Of a DNA stretch of 64,000 nt, positions 46,175 through 57,018 are shown in pieces; position 1 is the first letter of the stretch; the number at the start of each line of letters is the position of its first letter. The stretch is from an uncultured delta proteobacterium. GTDB lineage: Bacteria > Myxococcota_A > Polyangia > Polyangiales > JAFGIB01. The DNA lies in contig CAVZVA010000003.1 in the NCBI GenBank assembly GCA_963778655.1, positions 224,001-288,000 on the forward strand, written 5' to 3'. The notes beneath the pieces are model-generated. The model saw only the letters and a program-made list of their open reading frames with translations. It was not told the DNA's origin and did not search any database. The position numbers were made by a program, and so were the translations under genes.

Positions 46175-46906
46175 CTAGGGACCAAAGGCGTGGCGACACA
46201 ACGCCGCGACGATTTCCTGGGGTGCGTGCTCCACCAACGCGTGGATCTGCTCGCTCCACCAGTCGCTCAAGGGCTGAACCTCGGCCTGCTCGAAGCGGTG
46301 CTCGTGCATCTGCGCCCCCTGCGCGCGGAACGTCACCACGTCCAGCGGGTAGCCGACGTCGCTTGCGCTCGTGCGCGTCGCGTCGAACGCCAGCATGCCC
46401 ACCTTGAGCGCGTCGTACACGTCCGACTCGTAACGCAGCATGCGGTCGAGCACCGGCTTTCCATAGTCGGACTCACCGATGATGTGATACGGGGTGGTGC
46501 GGCTGACCTCTACCCAGTTGCCTTCGGAATACACCATGTACAGGCGCTGCTCGACGTCGTCGTCGAGCTGGCCGCCGATCAGCGCCTGCAAGTCGATGCG
46601 CAGCCCGCTGCGGCCCAGGAACTCGCGGTCCTCGTCGCCGACACGCCGCAGCTGCGCGGCAAAGAAGTTCACCAGCTCGTACAATCGCGCAAATGGCCGA
46701 GGGTGCTGCGCCAGCTCCACCTCGAAGTAGGTCAGGGTCTTGTCGCGCACCGAGCGCAGACCACTGGTCATCACGAACACCTCGTGCCCCGCGTGGGCAT
46801 GCAGCGTGACCTTTTTTGCGACGTCGATCTGGGTGCCGCTGCTCAAGCGTGTGTCTGCGATGCCCACCAGCCCGTCGTGGGTCTTCATGCCGAGGCAGAA
46901 CGTCAT
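46175..46906 (-). CDS. Proteasome-type protease Anbu (Ntn hydrolase)
   Basis: N-terminal M-T nucleophile MTFCLG, DTR, IGGQ, YSEGNW, IGESDYGKPVLDR, VGYPLD. Confidence 0.88.
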   Translation of the reverse strand: MTFCLGMKTHDGLVGIADTRLSSGTQIDVAKKVTLHAHAGHEVFVMTSGLRSVRDKTLTYFEVELAQHPRPFARLYELVNFFAAQLRRVGDEDREFLGRSGLRIDLQALIGGQLDDDVEQRLYMVYSEGNWVEVSRTTPYHIIGESDYGKPVLDRMLRYESDVYDALKVGMLAFDATRTSASDVGYPLDVVTFRAQGAQMHEHRFEQAEVQPLSDWWSEQIHALVEHAPQEIVAALCRHAFGP

Positions 46907-47288
46907 GATCTTCCTTCCGCCTGAGCATACACGCTCGGGTTCGCTCCGTCCCCAACGCCGCGCGCCGGCGGCCGTGCCCGCGCGAGGATAGACCTCGCGC
47001 CTTCGGCGCGAGTGACCAGCAGCTGAACCCGCTCGACAACAGCTTGCGCTGGAGTCGGTTTACGCCCGCTCCCTTCGAGGGCCCACCCGTGCACTACGCG
47101 GTACCGGACGACGCGCTCGAGGCAGGCGGCCGCTCCCAAGCGAGCGCTGCCTCGACGCGGTCGCGACCGCAGCGCGAGCACGAAACGGCCGACATGTCGG
47201 TCCTGCGTCACCATGACGCGGACGCGCTCGGGATGGCATCATGGACGCCCGCCCGTAGGGCGAGCACACCACGCAACCGAAGAGGCTG

Positions 47289-50200
47289 ATGAGCCGAGAC
47301 GGCAAGCTCGGGACGTTCGGAGGCGTCTACACCCCGTCGCTACTGACGATCCTGGGCGTGATCATGTACTTGCGCCTGCCCTGGGTGGTGGGCAGCGCGG
47401 GCCTGCGGCAGGCGCTCGGCATCATCCTGGTCGCCCACGTGATCTCGATCGGCACGGGGTTGAGCATCTCGTCGATCGCGACCGACAAGGCCGTGGGCGC
47501 GGGCGGTCCTTATTACATCATCTCGCGCAGCCTGGGCCTGCCGCTGGGCGGAGCACTGGGCCTGTCGTTGTGCGTGGGTCTGGCGTTCAGCATCAGCCTC
47601 TACGTGATCGGCTTCTCCGAGAGCCTGTTGACCTATTTCAAGCTCTCGACCTCGACCGACAACATCCGCATCTGCGGCACGATCGCGATCGTCGCGCTCA
47701 CCATCGTCACCTTCATCAGCACCGCGCTGGCGATCAAGGCGCAGTACGTGATCATGGGCCTGATCGGGCTGTCGCTGGTCTCGATCCTGGTGGGCGGCTT
47801 CGGGCTCGACCCCGCGGCCGCCCGCGCCAGCACCGCCCCCGCCGCGCCCCCGCTGGCCGATCTGTTCGCAATCTTCTTCCCTGCGGTGACTGGCTTCACG
47901 GCCGGCGTGAACATGTCGGGCGATCTGCGCTCGCCCAAGCGCTCGATTCCGAGCGGGACCATGCTCGCCATCGCCACCGGCTTCGTGGTCTACGTCGGCT
48001 TGGCGGTGTTCCTCGCGCTGCGCGTGCCCGCCGACCGCCTGGTGCACGACCCCGAGCTGTTGATCCACATCTCGTGGTCCGGTCCGCTGGTCGTCGCCGG
48101 CATCTGGTCCGCCACGCTGTCGTCGGCGCTCGGCAGCATCCTGGGCTCGCCGCGCATCCTGCAGGCGGTCGCGGCGGACGGCATCGTGCCGAGGTTCTTC
48201 GCGCGCGGGTACGGCCCCACGCAGGAGCCGCGCAACGCGCTCGTGCTCTCGTTCTTGCTGGGCGAGGCCGGCATCCTGATCGGCGAGCTCGACGCGATCG
48301 CGCGCATCGTCTCGATGATCTTCTTGACGATGTACTGCGTGCTCAATTTCAGCTGCGCGCTCGAGAGCTGGGCGAGCCCCGACTTTCGGCCCGAGTTCCG
48401 CATCCCGCGCTCGATCAGCGTGGTGGGCGCGGTCACCTGCCTGGTGGTGATGATCCAGCTCGACCTGGCGGCGATGGCGGGCGCCATGCTGCTGATGGCC
48501 GCGCTGTACTTCCACCTGCAGCGGCGGCAGTTGCGCCTGGAGTCCGGTGATACCTGGGAGGGCTTCTGGGCCAAGGTCGTGCGCGCCGGTCTGCACCGAC
48601 TCTCGACCGGCGCCCACCAAGAACGGCTGTGGAAGCCCAACGTGCTGGCGTTCTACGCGGCCGCCGAGGAGGAAACGCGCGCCAAGGCGCGGCGTCAGCT
48701 GGCCGAAGCGCTGGTGGGCAGGGCGGGCATCCTCACCCATGTCCGGCTCGCTGCCGAGCCCGCGCCGGCCGCGCCGGAACACGGGCCGCCCGCCAAGCCG
48801 GCGGCCGAAGCCCGCGCCGCGAGCGAGCCGCGGCCGCGCATGGGCGTGTTCCATCGCGAGCTCGCGCCCGGCCCCGACCCCGACGCCAGCATCGCGGACT
48901 TCTGCCGCCACCACGGCTTCGCGGGCATCGAGCCCAACACGGTGCTGCTGCGCTGGACGGAGTACGCGGCGCAGCCCGAGCGTCTGGCCGCGCTGCTGAG
49001 CGAGGTAGCGCGGATGGACTTCAACCAGCTGGTGCTTGCCCAGGGCGCCCGGCCCGAGCGCGACCCCAAGCGGCGGGTCGACATCTGGTGGCGCGACCAG
49101 GGCGGCAACCTGCCGCTGTCGCTGTCGCTGGCGCGCTTCATCACCGCCTCGCCCGGCTGGGAGCACGCATCCATCCGCTTCTTGCTGCTGAGCGAGAACG
49201 CGGGCAACAACGACGTGCTGCGCGCCAAGGCGCGCCGCTACCTCGAGGGCATGCGCGTCTAGGCCGACGTCAAGGTCATCAGCAACACCCTCAGCGCCAA
49301 GGGAGACGAGGATTGGTTGCTCGACGAATCGGCCGACGCCGACCTGGTGCTGGTGCCGCTGCCGGACCAGCCGAGCGCGGCCGACGGCCAGTTCCTTACC
49401 CGCGTCGCGCGCGTGCTCGGCGAGCTGCACCACGTGCTGATCTTCCGCGCCTCGTCGAGCTTCGAGGAGGTGCTGAGCGGGGGGCATGCGGCGAGCACGT
49501 CGCTGCTGCCCGGCCCTGAGGACGATGACGAGCGCTTCCGCCTGCCGCCGCTCGAGTTGCCGCGGCCCGCGGTGCTACAGGGCTACATGGCCGATGCGGC
49601 CGCCGCCTACGAGCGCGCGCTGGCCGGGCTCGACGAGCATTGCCTGTCCCGTCTGCACAGCCGCAACGTGGAGCTCGTGCGGCAGGTGCGCGGCGCGCTC
49701 GAGCACCAGCTCGAGGTGCTGGAAAAAGGCCTGGCCGGGACCAATGCGCGGCGAAGGCACACCCTGCTCCACCGCTTCTCGAGCTCGTTCGTGATCGACG
49801 TCCAGGCGGCGATCGAGCGACACCAGCACGACGGCGTGCCCGACCAGCAAGCCGCGCTCGAGGGCCGCATCGGCGCCTTCCTCGACCAGGAGAGCGCGAT
49901 CGGGTTGGGCAAGGGCGGGGCGCTGATCGTCGAGCGCGAGGCTTCGGAGCTGACGCCCGACCCGACCGACCCGGCGCACCTGCGGCGCCTCAAGCGCAGG
50001 CTGCGCGCGCGCGCGTGGCTGGGGCGAAGAACGCCGCGCTACCGGCTCGCCCCCGCCGCGCTCGAGCGCCACTACTTCGATCGCGCCAAGCGCGAGCTGC
50101 TGGAGGGGCCGGTGCGCCGGATGGCGATCGAGAGCCACCAGCTCGCGGTGCGGGTCGGCCAGCTGCTGTGCGCCTCGCGCGCGGGCATCACCGCGATCGT

Positions 50201-52478
50201 GGCCCAGGCGGTCGACCGGGACAGCGCCGACGAGGCGCTGCTGGCCGAGCTCAAGCGCAGCGCGCTCGAGCCCTTCGACGAGCTGATCGAGCGCACCAAG
50301 GGGCGCGTGAGGGCACGGCGTCGCGACCTGCTCGAGCGCGCCCACGCCATGCTGCAGCAGCTCGCCGCCGACCTCGATCGGCTCGACGTCGCGCGCCTGG
50401 CGCGCAAGCAACGACGCGTGGCGCGCGGCGCCGCTGCCGAGCTGCGCGCGCGGCTGCTCGAGCTGCCGGCCACGTTCGCCGCGATCTCCGCCGGGCTCTA
50501 CGAGCGCGCGCGAGTCGGGCTCGCGGTATCGGCGTTCCACCAGCGGCTGAGCGCGATCGTCCAGCGCCAGCAGCAGGCGGCCGCCCTGCGGCTGCGCAAC
50601 GGCGCCCTGCGCAGCTGCGAGGAGCTGCAGCGCGCGCTGCGCGAGCTCGCTGTGGCCGCGGAGGACGTGCCTTCCACGGTGCTGGAGCCGCCCAAGCAGC
50701 TGCCCGCCGAGGGCGAGCCGCTGACGCCCAAGGCGCTGGCGACGGAGCTGATCGCGGAAACCGAGCCGGCGCTGCGCGATCTGCCCGAGACGGCGACCCT
50801 GATCACCGACGGCGTCGTCACTGCGCTCGAAGAGGGGCGCGAGGTCGGCCTCGAGACCAGCGAAATCGCCTTGCGCTCGCTGGCGCAGTTTCTGGTCGAA
50901 AGCGAGCTCGCGGCCGGCGTCGCCGAACAGGTTGAACCGGCTCCCGAGCTCGAGACTCACGCAGCCACGGTCGCGCGCGACGTCACGCGCCTGGTCGCGT
51001 TCCAACTCGCCGAGCTCGGCACGCTGAGTCTCGCCAGCAGCGCCCAGCGCGCCGAGCAGCTGCGGCCGACGCTCGACAACGGCATCGAGCGACTGCAGGC
51101 CGAGATCGACGCGCTGCGGCAGCTCGGCGAGCGCGTGAGCAGACGATTCGAAGCCCAGCTCGCCAAGGTGGTCGAGGGCAGCGATCCGCAACGGCTAACC
51201 GAGGCGGGAAGCCAGCTCGGTCAACATCGACGGCTGCGGCAGGGCAAGATCGCGGTCTCCGGCGCGCAGGGCCTGGCGCGCCGGGCGCAAGGCGCGGCGC
51301 GCCAGGCCGCCGTCTCGCTGCTGTATCGCGGCAGCGCCGGGGTCGTGCTCGCGCGCACGCTGGTTGCGCGCGAGCGACACGACGCCTCGCTGGTCGAACG
51401 CCTGCGCGCATGGGTGCGGCAGAGCAGCCCGCAGGCCGAGACGCTCGACGCCTTGCCCTTCTACTACCGCCAGCTGTTTTTCGGCCATGCGCTCAACGAG
51501 AGCTTCTGGGTCGGCCGCGCCAAGGAGCTGGCCCAGGCGCGGCGGGCGATCCAGACCCATCGCGATGGGCAGAGCGGAATCCTGCTGCTGGTCGGCCGGC
51601 CCGGATCGGGGCGAAGCGCGCTGTGCCAGCGCATCGCGCGCAGGGCGCTCGAGGCCAAGAACGTGTGGTTTCTACCGCCGCCTGCCGCCGGATCGGCAGA
51701 GGTCGCGGTGTTCCGCAGCGCCCTCGGGCGCGCGCTGGGCGGCAGCGGGGAGCTGGACGACCAGCTGCAGGCGCTGCCCGAGCACGCCGCGATCGTGATC
51801 GACGATCTCGAGCTGTGGTGGGAGCGCAGCGAGACCGGGCTCGCGGTGATCGACGAGCTGCTCGAGCTGATCCGCCGCCACGGCCGGCGCATTCTGTTCG
51901 TGGTCAGCGTGAACCACTACACCTTCAAGCTGCTGTCCGTGCTGCGCCCGATTTCGGACCAGGCCCTGGCCGTGATCGAGTGCGGACCGCTGGACGCGCG
52001 CGAGCTCGGCTCGGTGCTCACGCTGCGCCACGGCTCGACCGGGCTCAAGTTCGAGCTCGGCGGCCGCCAGGAAGAGCGCTTGTCGTCGTTTCAGCTAGCG
52101 CGACTGTTCTCGCGCCACTTCAGCTATTCCGACGGGTCGGTCGGCGGCGCGCTGCGCGCGTGGATCACCCACGTCGACAAGGTGCGTGACCGGGTGATGT
52201 CCGTGCGCGCGCCCAGGCGCCCCAGCGCCGAGCCGCTCGACGAGCTGCGCGCGAGCTGGCGAGCACTGCTGATCGAGCTGGCGCTGCACCGCCGGCTCAC
52301 CGCCCCCAAGCTGGCGCGCATCGCCGCCCTGCCCTTGCCCGAGATCGAAAGCGACCTCGAGGCCTTGGTTCGGGCCGGTCTGATCACGCGCGGCGGCCAG
52401 GGCTTGTGCGAGATCGATCCGTTCGTGCGCCAGCTGGTGACCTCGCACTTCGAGCATCGGAGCTTGCTACCGGCATGA
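47289..52478 (+). pseudogene. SLC12/cation-chloride cotransporter-like permease fused to a helical region, P-loop-like domain and wHTH; interrupted by an in-frame TAG at 49260-49262
   Basis: KLGTFGGVYTPSLLTILGVIMYLRL, FFPAVTGFTAGVNMSGDL, WKPNVL; frame continues MRV*ADVKVI into ORF 49317-52478; GRPGSGRS, IVIDDLE. Confidence 0.8.
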
Positions 52479-53287
52479 GCCAGGTCATCGACGTCTCCAC
52501 GCTCGAGCTCGCGTTGCTGGTCGCACGCGGCCTGCTGATCGTCGCACTGCTGCACCTGCTCGGCCGCCTGGTGGCGCTCGCGCCGATGCCGCGCGCGCGC
52601 AAGGAGCGCCTGCGCGCAGCCGGCCCGCCCTTCGCGGTGTGCGTCGTGCTCGTCTACGCACTGCTGGTGATCAAGCAGTTGTTCGGCGCGCACGGCGAGG
52701 CCATGCCCGCGATGCTGGCCGTCGTGCTGATCGGCTTCGTGGCGGCGCTGTGGACGCCGATCCGCGACCTGCTGGCCGGCGCCTTCATCAAGTCCGGCGG
52801 CAACCTACGGCTCGGCGACGACATCCAGGTCCAGCAGCTGCAAGGGCGGATCGAGCGGCTCGGCTACCGCGGGCTGACCTTGCGTACGCACGCGGGCGAG
52901 ACCTTCGTGCCCTACGGCCTGTGCGCGCGCTCGGTGATCGTGCGCAGCGCGTCCACGCCGGGCGCAAGCGCGCACACGTTCCGCGTGCGGCCGATCGCCG
53001 GCGTCTCGCAGCTCGCCCTCAGGCAGGCCATCCGCGAGAGCGCGCTGCTGTGTCACTGGACCGCGATCGCGAAGCAACCCGAGATCGTCAACCTCGAGCA
53101 GGGAGCGGTCGACGTCACGGTCTTCGCGGTCGACTCCGAGCTCGCCCCCGAGATCGAGGCGGCGGTGCGCAGGCGCCTGGCCGAGCTCGAGCGCGGCGGC
53201 CGCGACCCCGAAGCGGCGGGGCGTCTGAGCCAGCTCCCGCTGGCTCAGGCGGACGCGGGCAGCGCGCCCCAGGCCAAGGGCGGCTGA
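52475..53287 (+). CDS. MscS family mechanosensitive channel
   Basis: Three TM helices; IRDLLAG..I, LRLGDDI...GRIERLGYR; ATGA overlap with the upstream gene. Confidence 0.85.
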   Translation: MSQVIDVSTLELALLVARGLLIVALLHLLGRLVALAPMPRARKERLRAAGPPFAVCVVLVYALLVIKQLFGAHGEAMPAMLAVVLIGFVAALWTPIRDLLAGAFIKSGGNLRLGDDIQVQQLQGRIERLGYRGLTLRTHAGETFVPYGLCARSVIVRSASTPGASAHTFRVRPIAGVSQLALRQAIRESALLCHWTAIAKQPEIVNLEQGAVDVTVFAVDSELAPEIEAAVRRRLAELERGGRDPEAAGRLSQLPLAQADAGSAPQAKGG

Positions 53288-53516
53288 GCGCGGGGGTTGC
53301 AGCGCTGTCCGCCGCCCGCGGCATAGCCGCCACGCGCTCTCGCGTTTGTCGTTGCGGGCGATCGCTCGACGGGTGATCGCGGCTCGCCCCGCGAGAACCG
53401 CCTGGGACGTGACGCGCTGCTGCGTGACGAATCCCCCCCCCTTGCACCTCGGAGAGCGCCGGAGTATTGGATGAACGTTTGAATTACTCTCAACCCCGAA
53501 CGCCGACGAGGGTAGC

Positions 53517-55058
53517 GTGCAACACGAAGAATTTCGTCTGGTCGAGACCACACAGGGCAAGCTGCGCGGCGTTCAGCGAGACGGCCACGTGGCCTTCTTG
53601 GGCGTGCCGTATGCGAAGCCGCCGGTCGGCGAGCTCAGGTTCTTGGCACCGCAACCCATGGCCGCGTGGTCCGGAGCTCGTGATGCGCTCGCGTTTGGGC
53701 TCAGCGCACCGCAGGACCCGCTCTCGGTTCCGCCCTTCAAGGCTGTAGTCCCCGAAAGCGAGGACTGCCTCTACCTCAACGTGTACGCGCCGGCGCTCGA
53801 CAACGCGCGCCGGCCGGTGCTGTTCTGGATCCACGGCGGTGGCTTCAGCCACGGCGCGGGCACCCAGCCTTCGTACAACGGCGGGCCGCTCGCGGTGCGT
53901 GGCGATGTGGTGGTGGTGACCATCAACTATCGTCTCGGAGCGCTCGGTTACCTGTACCTCGGCGGCCACGGTGGCGCTGGATGGGGCGCTGCGGCCAACG
54001 CAGGACAGCTCGATCAAATCGCCGCCCTGCGTTGGGTTCGCGACAACATCGCGGCCTTCGGCGGCGATCCTGAGCAAGTCACGATCTTCGGCGAGTCCGC
54101 CGGTGCGGTCGCGGTCGCGACGCTGCTCGCGATGCCGGATGCTCAGGGCCTGTTCGGTAAGGCGATCGCACAGAGCGGGACCGCCAATCGGCTCGGCAAC
54201 GCCAGCGGCGCGAGCGCGATCACCACGCGCTACCTGCAAAGCCTCGGCATCGAGGACGCGGATCCACAGAGATTGCGCAAGGTATCCGTCGAGGCGCTGC
54301 TGCGCGCGCAAGGCCCGCGCGGGCCGTTGTCGCCGGTGATCGAGGGACGCAGCCTGCCGGAGCGGCCGCTATCGGCGGTACGCGCAGGTATGGCGCGTCA
54401 CATTCCGCTCATGGTCGGGACGAACCGCGACGAGTACAAGCTGTACGTGCCGGCACAGCGGCCGGATATCGACGACAACGAGCTGCTGCGTCTAGTGCGC
54501 GAGCAGCTCCCGAAGGAGGCGGCCGATCGCGCGGCCTCCGTGATCTCCGTCTATCGCGAATCGCGCGCGGCCCGCGGGCTGCCGCATAGCCATCACGACA
54601 TCGCGGACGCGCTGACCACCGCATCGCGCTTCCGCATCCCGGCGACGCGCCTGTGCGAAGCACAAGCGGCGCACCAGCCGCGCACGTTCTTGTATCAGTT
54701 CGACTGGGAATCGCCGGCGCGGCGCGGCGCGCTCGGCGCTTGCCACGGCCTCGAGGTCCCGTTCGTGTTCGGCACCGTGGGTACCACCGGCAACGACCGC
54801 TTCACCGGCGTCGGTCCGGACGCCGACCAGCTCTCGCGCCACATGATGGACGCGTGGCTGGCGTTCGCGAAGCACGGCGAGCCGAGCCACCCGGGGATCG
54901 GAGCCTGGCCGGCATACTCGGCTGGCGAGCGCCAGACGATGATTTTCGGTCGCCGCTGTGGTGCCGAGCCGGCGCCCTTCGAAGAGGAGCGCGCCGCCTG
55001 GGACACGTTGCTCAAGCAGCGTGCCGCCAACCGCTCGGCCGAGGCTCCTCACGCCTGA
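53517..55058 (+). CDS. Type-B carboxylesterase (para-nitrobenzyl esterase-like)
   Basis: FLGVPYA.PP, SEDCLYLNV, HGGG, NYRLG, FGESAG, ACHGLE. Confidence 0.95.
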   Translation: MQHEEFRLVETTQGKLRGVQRDGHVAFLGVPYAKPPVGELRFLAPQPMAAWSGARDALAFGLSAPQDPLSVPPFKAVVPESEDCLYLNVYAPALDNARRPVLFWIHGGGFSHGAGTQPSYNGGPLAVRGDVVVVTINYRLGALGYLYLGGHGGAGWGAAANAGQLDQIAALRWVRDNIAAFGGDPEQVTIFGESAGAVAVATLLAMPDAQGLFGKAIAQSGTANRLGNASGASAITTRYLQSLGIEDADPQRLRKVSVEALLRAQGPRGPLSPVIEGRSLPERPLSAVRAGMARHIPLMVGTNRDEYKLYVPAQRPDIDDNELLRLVREQLPKEAADRAASVISVYRESRAARGLPHSHHDIADALTTASRFRIPATRLCEAQAAHQPRTFLYQFDWESPARRGALGACHGLEVPFVFGTVGTTGNDRFTGVGPDADQLSRHMMDAWLAFAKHGEPSHPGIGAWPAYSAGERQTMIFGRRCGAEPAPFEEERAAWDTLLKQRAANRSAEAPHA

Positions 55059-55140
55059 GATCGAGGCGAACGCGCGCGATGCCTTGCGCAGGCTTTGCTT
55101 CCTCGGCAGCGCAGCAATCCTCGTGACCCCAAACGGCGCT

Positions 55141-55316
55141 ACCTAGAGCACCGAACATATTGAAACACGCACGATTTCGGGGCCCTCGCGGGCGCATGGC
55201 ACGCGCGCTCCCCCGCTCGACGTAGGATGGACTACGCCTTCGGGCTCCCGCCCGCACCCTGCATCCCGCCACGACCCCGACTTCGCACACGTTTCAATAT
55301 GTTCGGTGCTCTGGGT
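55141..55316. mobile_element. MITE-like palindromic element B, second member
   Basis: 26-bp inverted repeats with 1 mismatch: ACCTAGAGCACCGAACATATTGAAAC (55141-55166) / 55291-55316; central CGTAG-GATGGA-CTACG hairpin. Confidence 0.8.
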
Positions 55317-55479
55317 CTCCCGCCTGGGCGTGGTTGCCAAGCAACATTGCGGGGACACGGTTTGTGCCCGCTGCTGTTCATCGGCATCGGTCTACGTTAG
55401 ACCGATGGTGCGAGCACGCGCGCGCCTTTGCGCTCGGAGCTCGCGTCGGTAGGCGGCAGGTGGGTCGTGGGGTGATGCC

Positions 55480-56977
55480 ATGAATGATCGAGACGAGAAC
55501 CGTAAGAGACTGACGCGGCGCAGGTTCATCAAGCATACAGGCGAGGTCGGCGCAGGCGTGGCGTTGGCGCCGCTCGTGCTCAACCTCTCGGCTTGTTCGA
55601 GCGCGCCGAGCAAGAGCGCGGGCACCACCGGCGGCGAGAGCCCGGCGGGGCCCAGCGCCCAGGGCGGATCGCTACCCGCTGGCGCGGCCGGCGGAAGCGC
55701 GCCGGCACCGGGTAGCGCCGGCAGCGCCGGTCCGGCGCCTTCCTCCGGCATGGCGGCTGGGGGCGCGCCCGACAGCGGCACCATGGGACAACCGGCGGCC
55801 GGCAGCGGGCGGCAGCGGCAGCGGCAGCGGCAGCGGCAGCGGCAGCGCGGCCAACATGGTGAGCCCGAGCGCGATCGCAACCGGCTCCGTGCTGCTCGGC
55901 CTTTACACCGGCGACGGCGTGGCCGCGATGAAGCAGGCGGCACAGAAGCTCGACTTCTCCTGGTTGATGCCGGGCGACACCGTGCTGATCAAGGTGGCCG
56001 TCAACTCGCAATACACGCATCCGACCACCACTTCTCCCAATGGCGTGAGCGGCATGGTCGCAGAGCTCATCGCGCGCGGAGCGGGCAAGGTCATCGTCGC
56101 CGATCAGTCGGGCGTGGAGCACGTGCGCTTGTCCGCCATGGGTCGCTACGAAGGCGGCACCACGCGCGACATGTTCATGATGAGCGGCATGATGCAGGTC
56201 GAGCAGGCCGGCGCGGAGACCCACTTCTTTGACGACCAGCCCTTCGACACGGGCTACTTCGCGGCCACGCTGCCCGACGGTAACCACTGGCCGCGCGGCC
56301 TGTACCTCCCGGCCATCATCAAAGAAGTCGACCACATCATCTACATGCCCCGCATCGGCAATCACGTGCTGGCCGGCGTCACCTTATCGCAGAAAAGCGC
56401 GATCGGCTGGATCCGCGACGACAGCCGCCACGACCTGCACAACGACGCGATGGACTACTACGAGAAGTACACCGAGATTAACTACACCCAGGAGATCCGC
56501 GATCGCTTCCGCATGGCGGTGACGGTGTCAGAGAAAGTGCTGCTGCACGGGGGCCCGGACGTGGGCACGCCCTACGACATGAACCCGGTGCTGGTGCACG
56601 CCTCGACCAGCATGCCGAATCACGATGCGCTCGGCGCGAGCATGTTGGTCACACTCAACCAGAAGTCGACCACGGTCGATCCCGGGACCCAGGTCTACAA
56701 CGCGGCCAACGCGCCGAGCTCGAACAGCCTGTTCGCCAATGGCTTCACGGTCGTCACCGGGGCGGCGGGGCCGTGGACCTCAGGCTCGACCCAGACGCTG
56801 TACACCGCGCACCCGTGGGAGCAAGGCATCACCAAAGACCGCGCGATCGCGCGCGGCTGGGCGCTGTCCGGCGGCATGCCGGCCAAGATCGACATCGTTC
56901 TTGACGGCGAGCCGCTCGACCCCAGCATCCAGAGCAGCCTCGTGACCCACGGCGAGGGGATGTACAACTTCGGCTGA
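55480..56977 (+). pseudogene. Tat-exported DUF362-family lipoprotein, frameshifted by one extra G near 55808
   Basis: LTRRRFIK twin-Arg and LSAC lipobox; Gly/Ser tether; PGDTVLIKV..N, TTSP, EVDHIIYMPR..H..AG.TL..K, R..LH in the downstream frame. Confidence 0.8.
55801..55846 (+). repeat. (GGCAGC)n hexamer repeat (GS linker)
   Basis: Visible directly. Confidence 0.9.
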
Positions 56978-57018
56978 GACGCCGTGTCTTCTGCTCGCCC
57001 CGGAGCCAACCCGTTGGC

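Noticed and set aside
46990..47289. Short ORFs between anbu and the CCC gene
   Set aside because: No recognisable motif, RBS or consistent codon bias
49260..49262. Genome-wide TAG reassignment
   Set aside because: TAG is the natural terminator of many intact genes here (e.g. GH9, the CBM lipoprotein, SGNH, Anbu, MFS)
53340..53410. CGCCTGGG resembling the 3' end of a ZTP riboswitch
   Set aside because: The 5' GACTGGCG/GGGGAGC aptamer elements are absent and the downstream gene is unrelated
53433..53441. C9 homopolymer upstream of the carboxylesterase as a phase-variable promoter
   Set aside because: A single run in GC-rich DNA with no demonstrable position between promoter boxes
55801..55846. 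Phase variation of the DUF362 gene via the (GGCAGC)n repeat
   Set aside because: Six-base units preserve frame; the shift comes from one extra G, which unit slippage cannot fix
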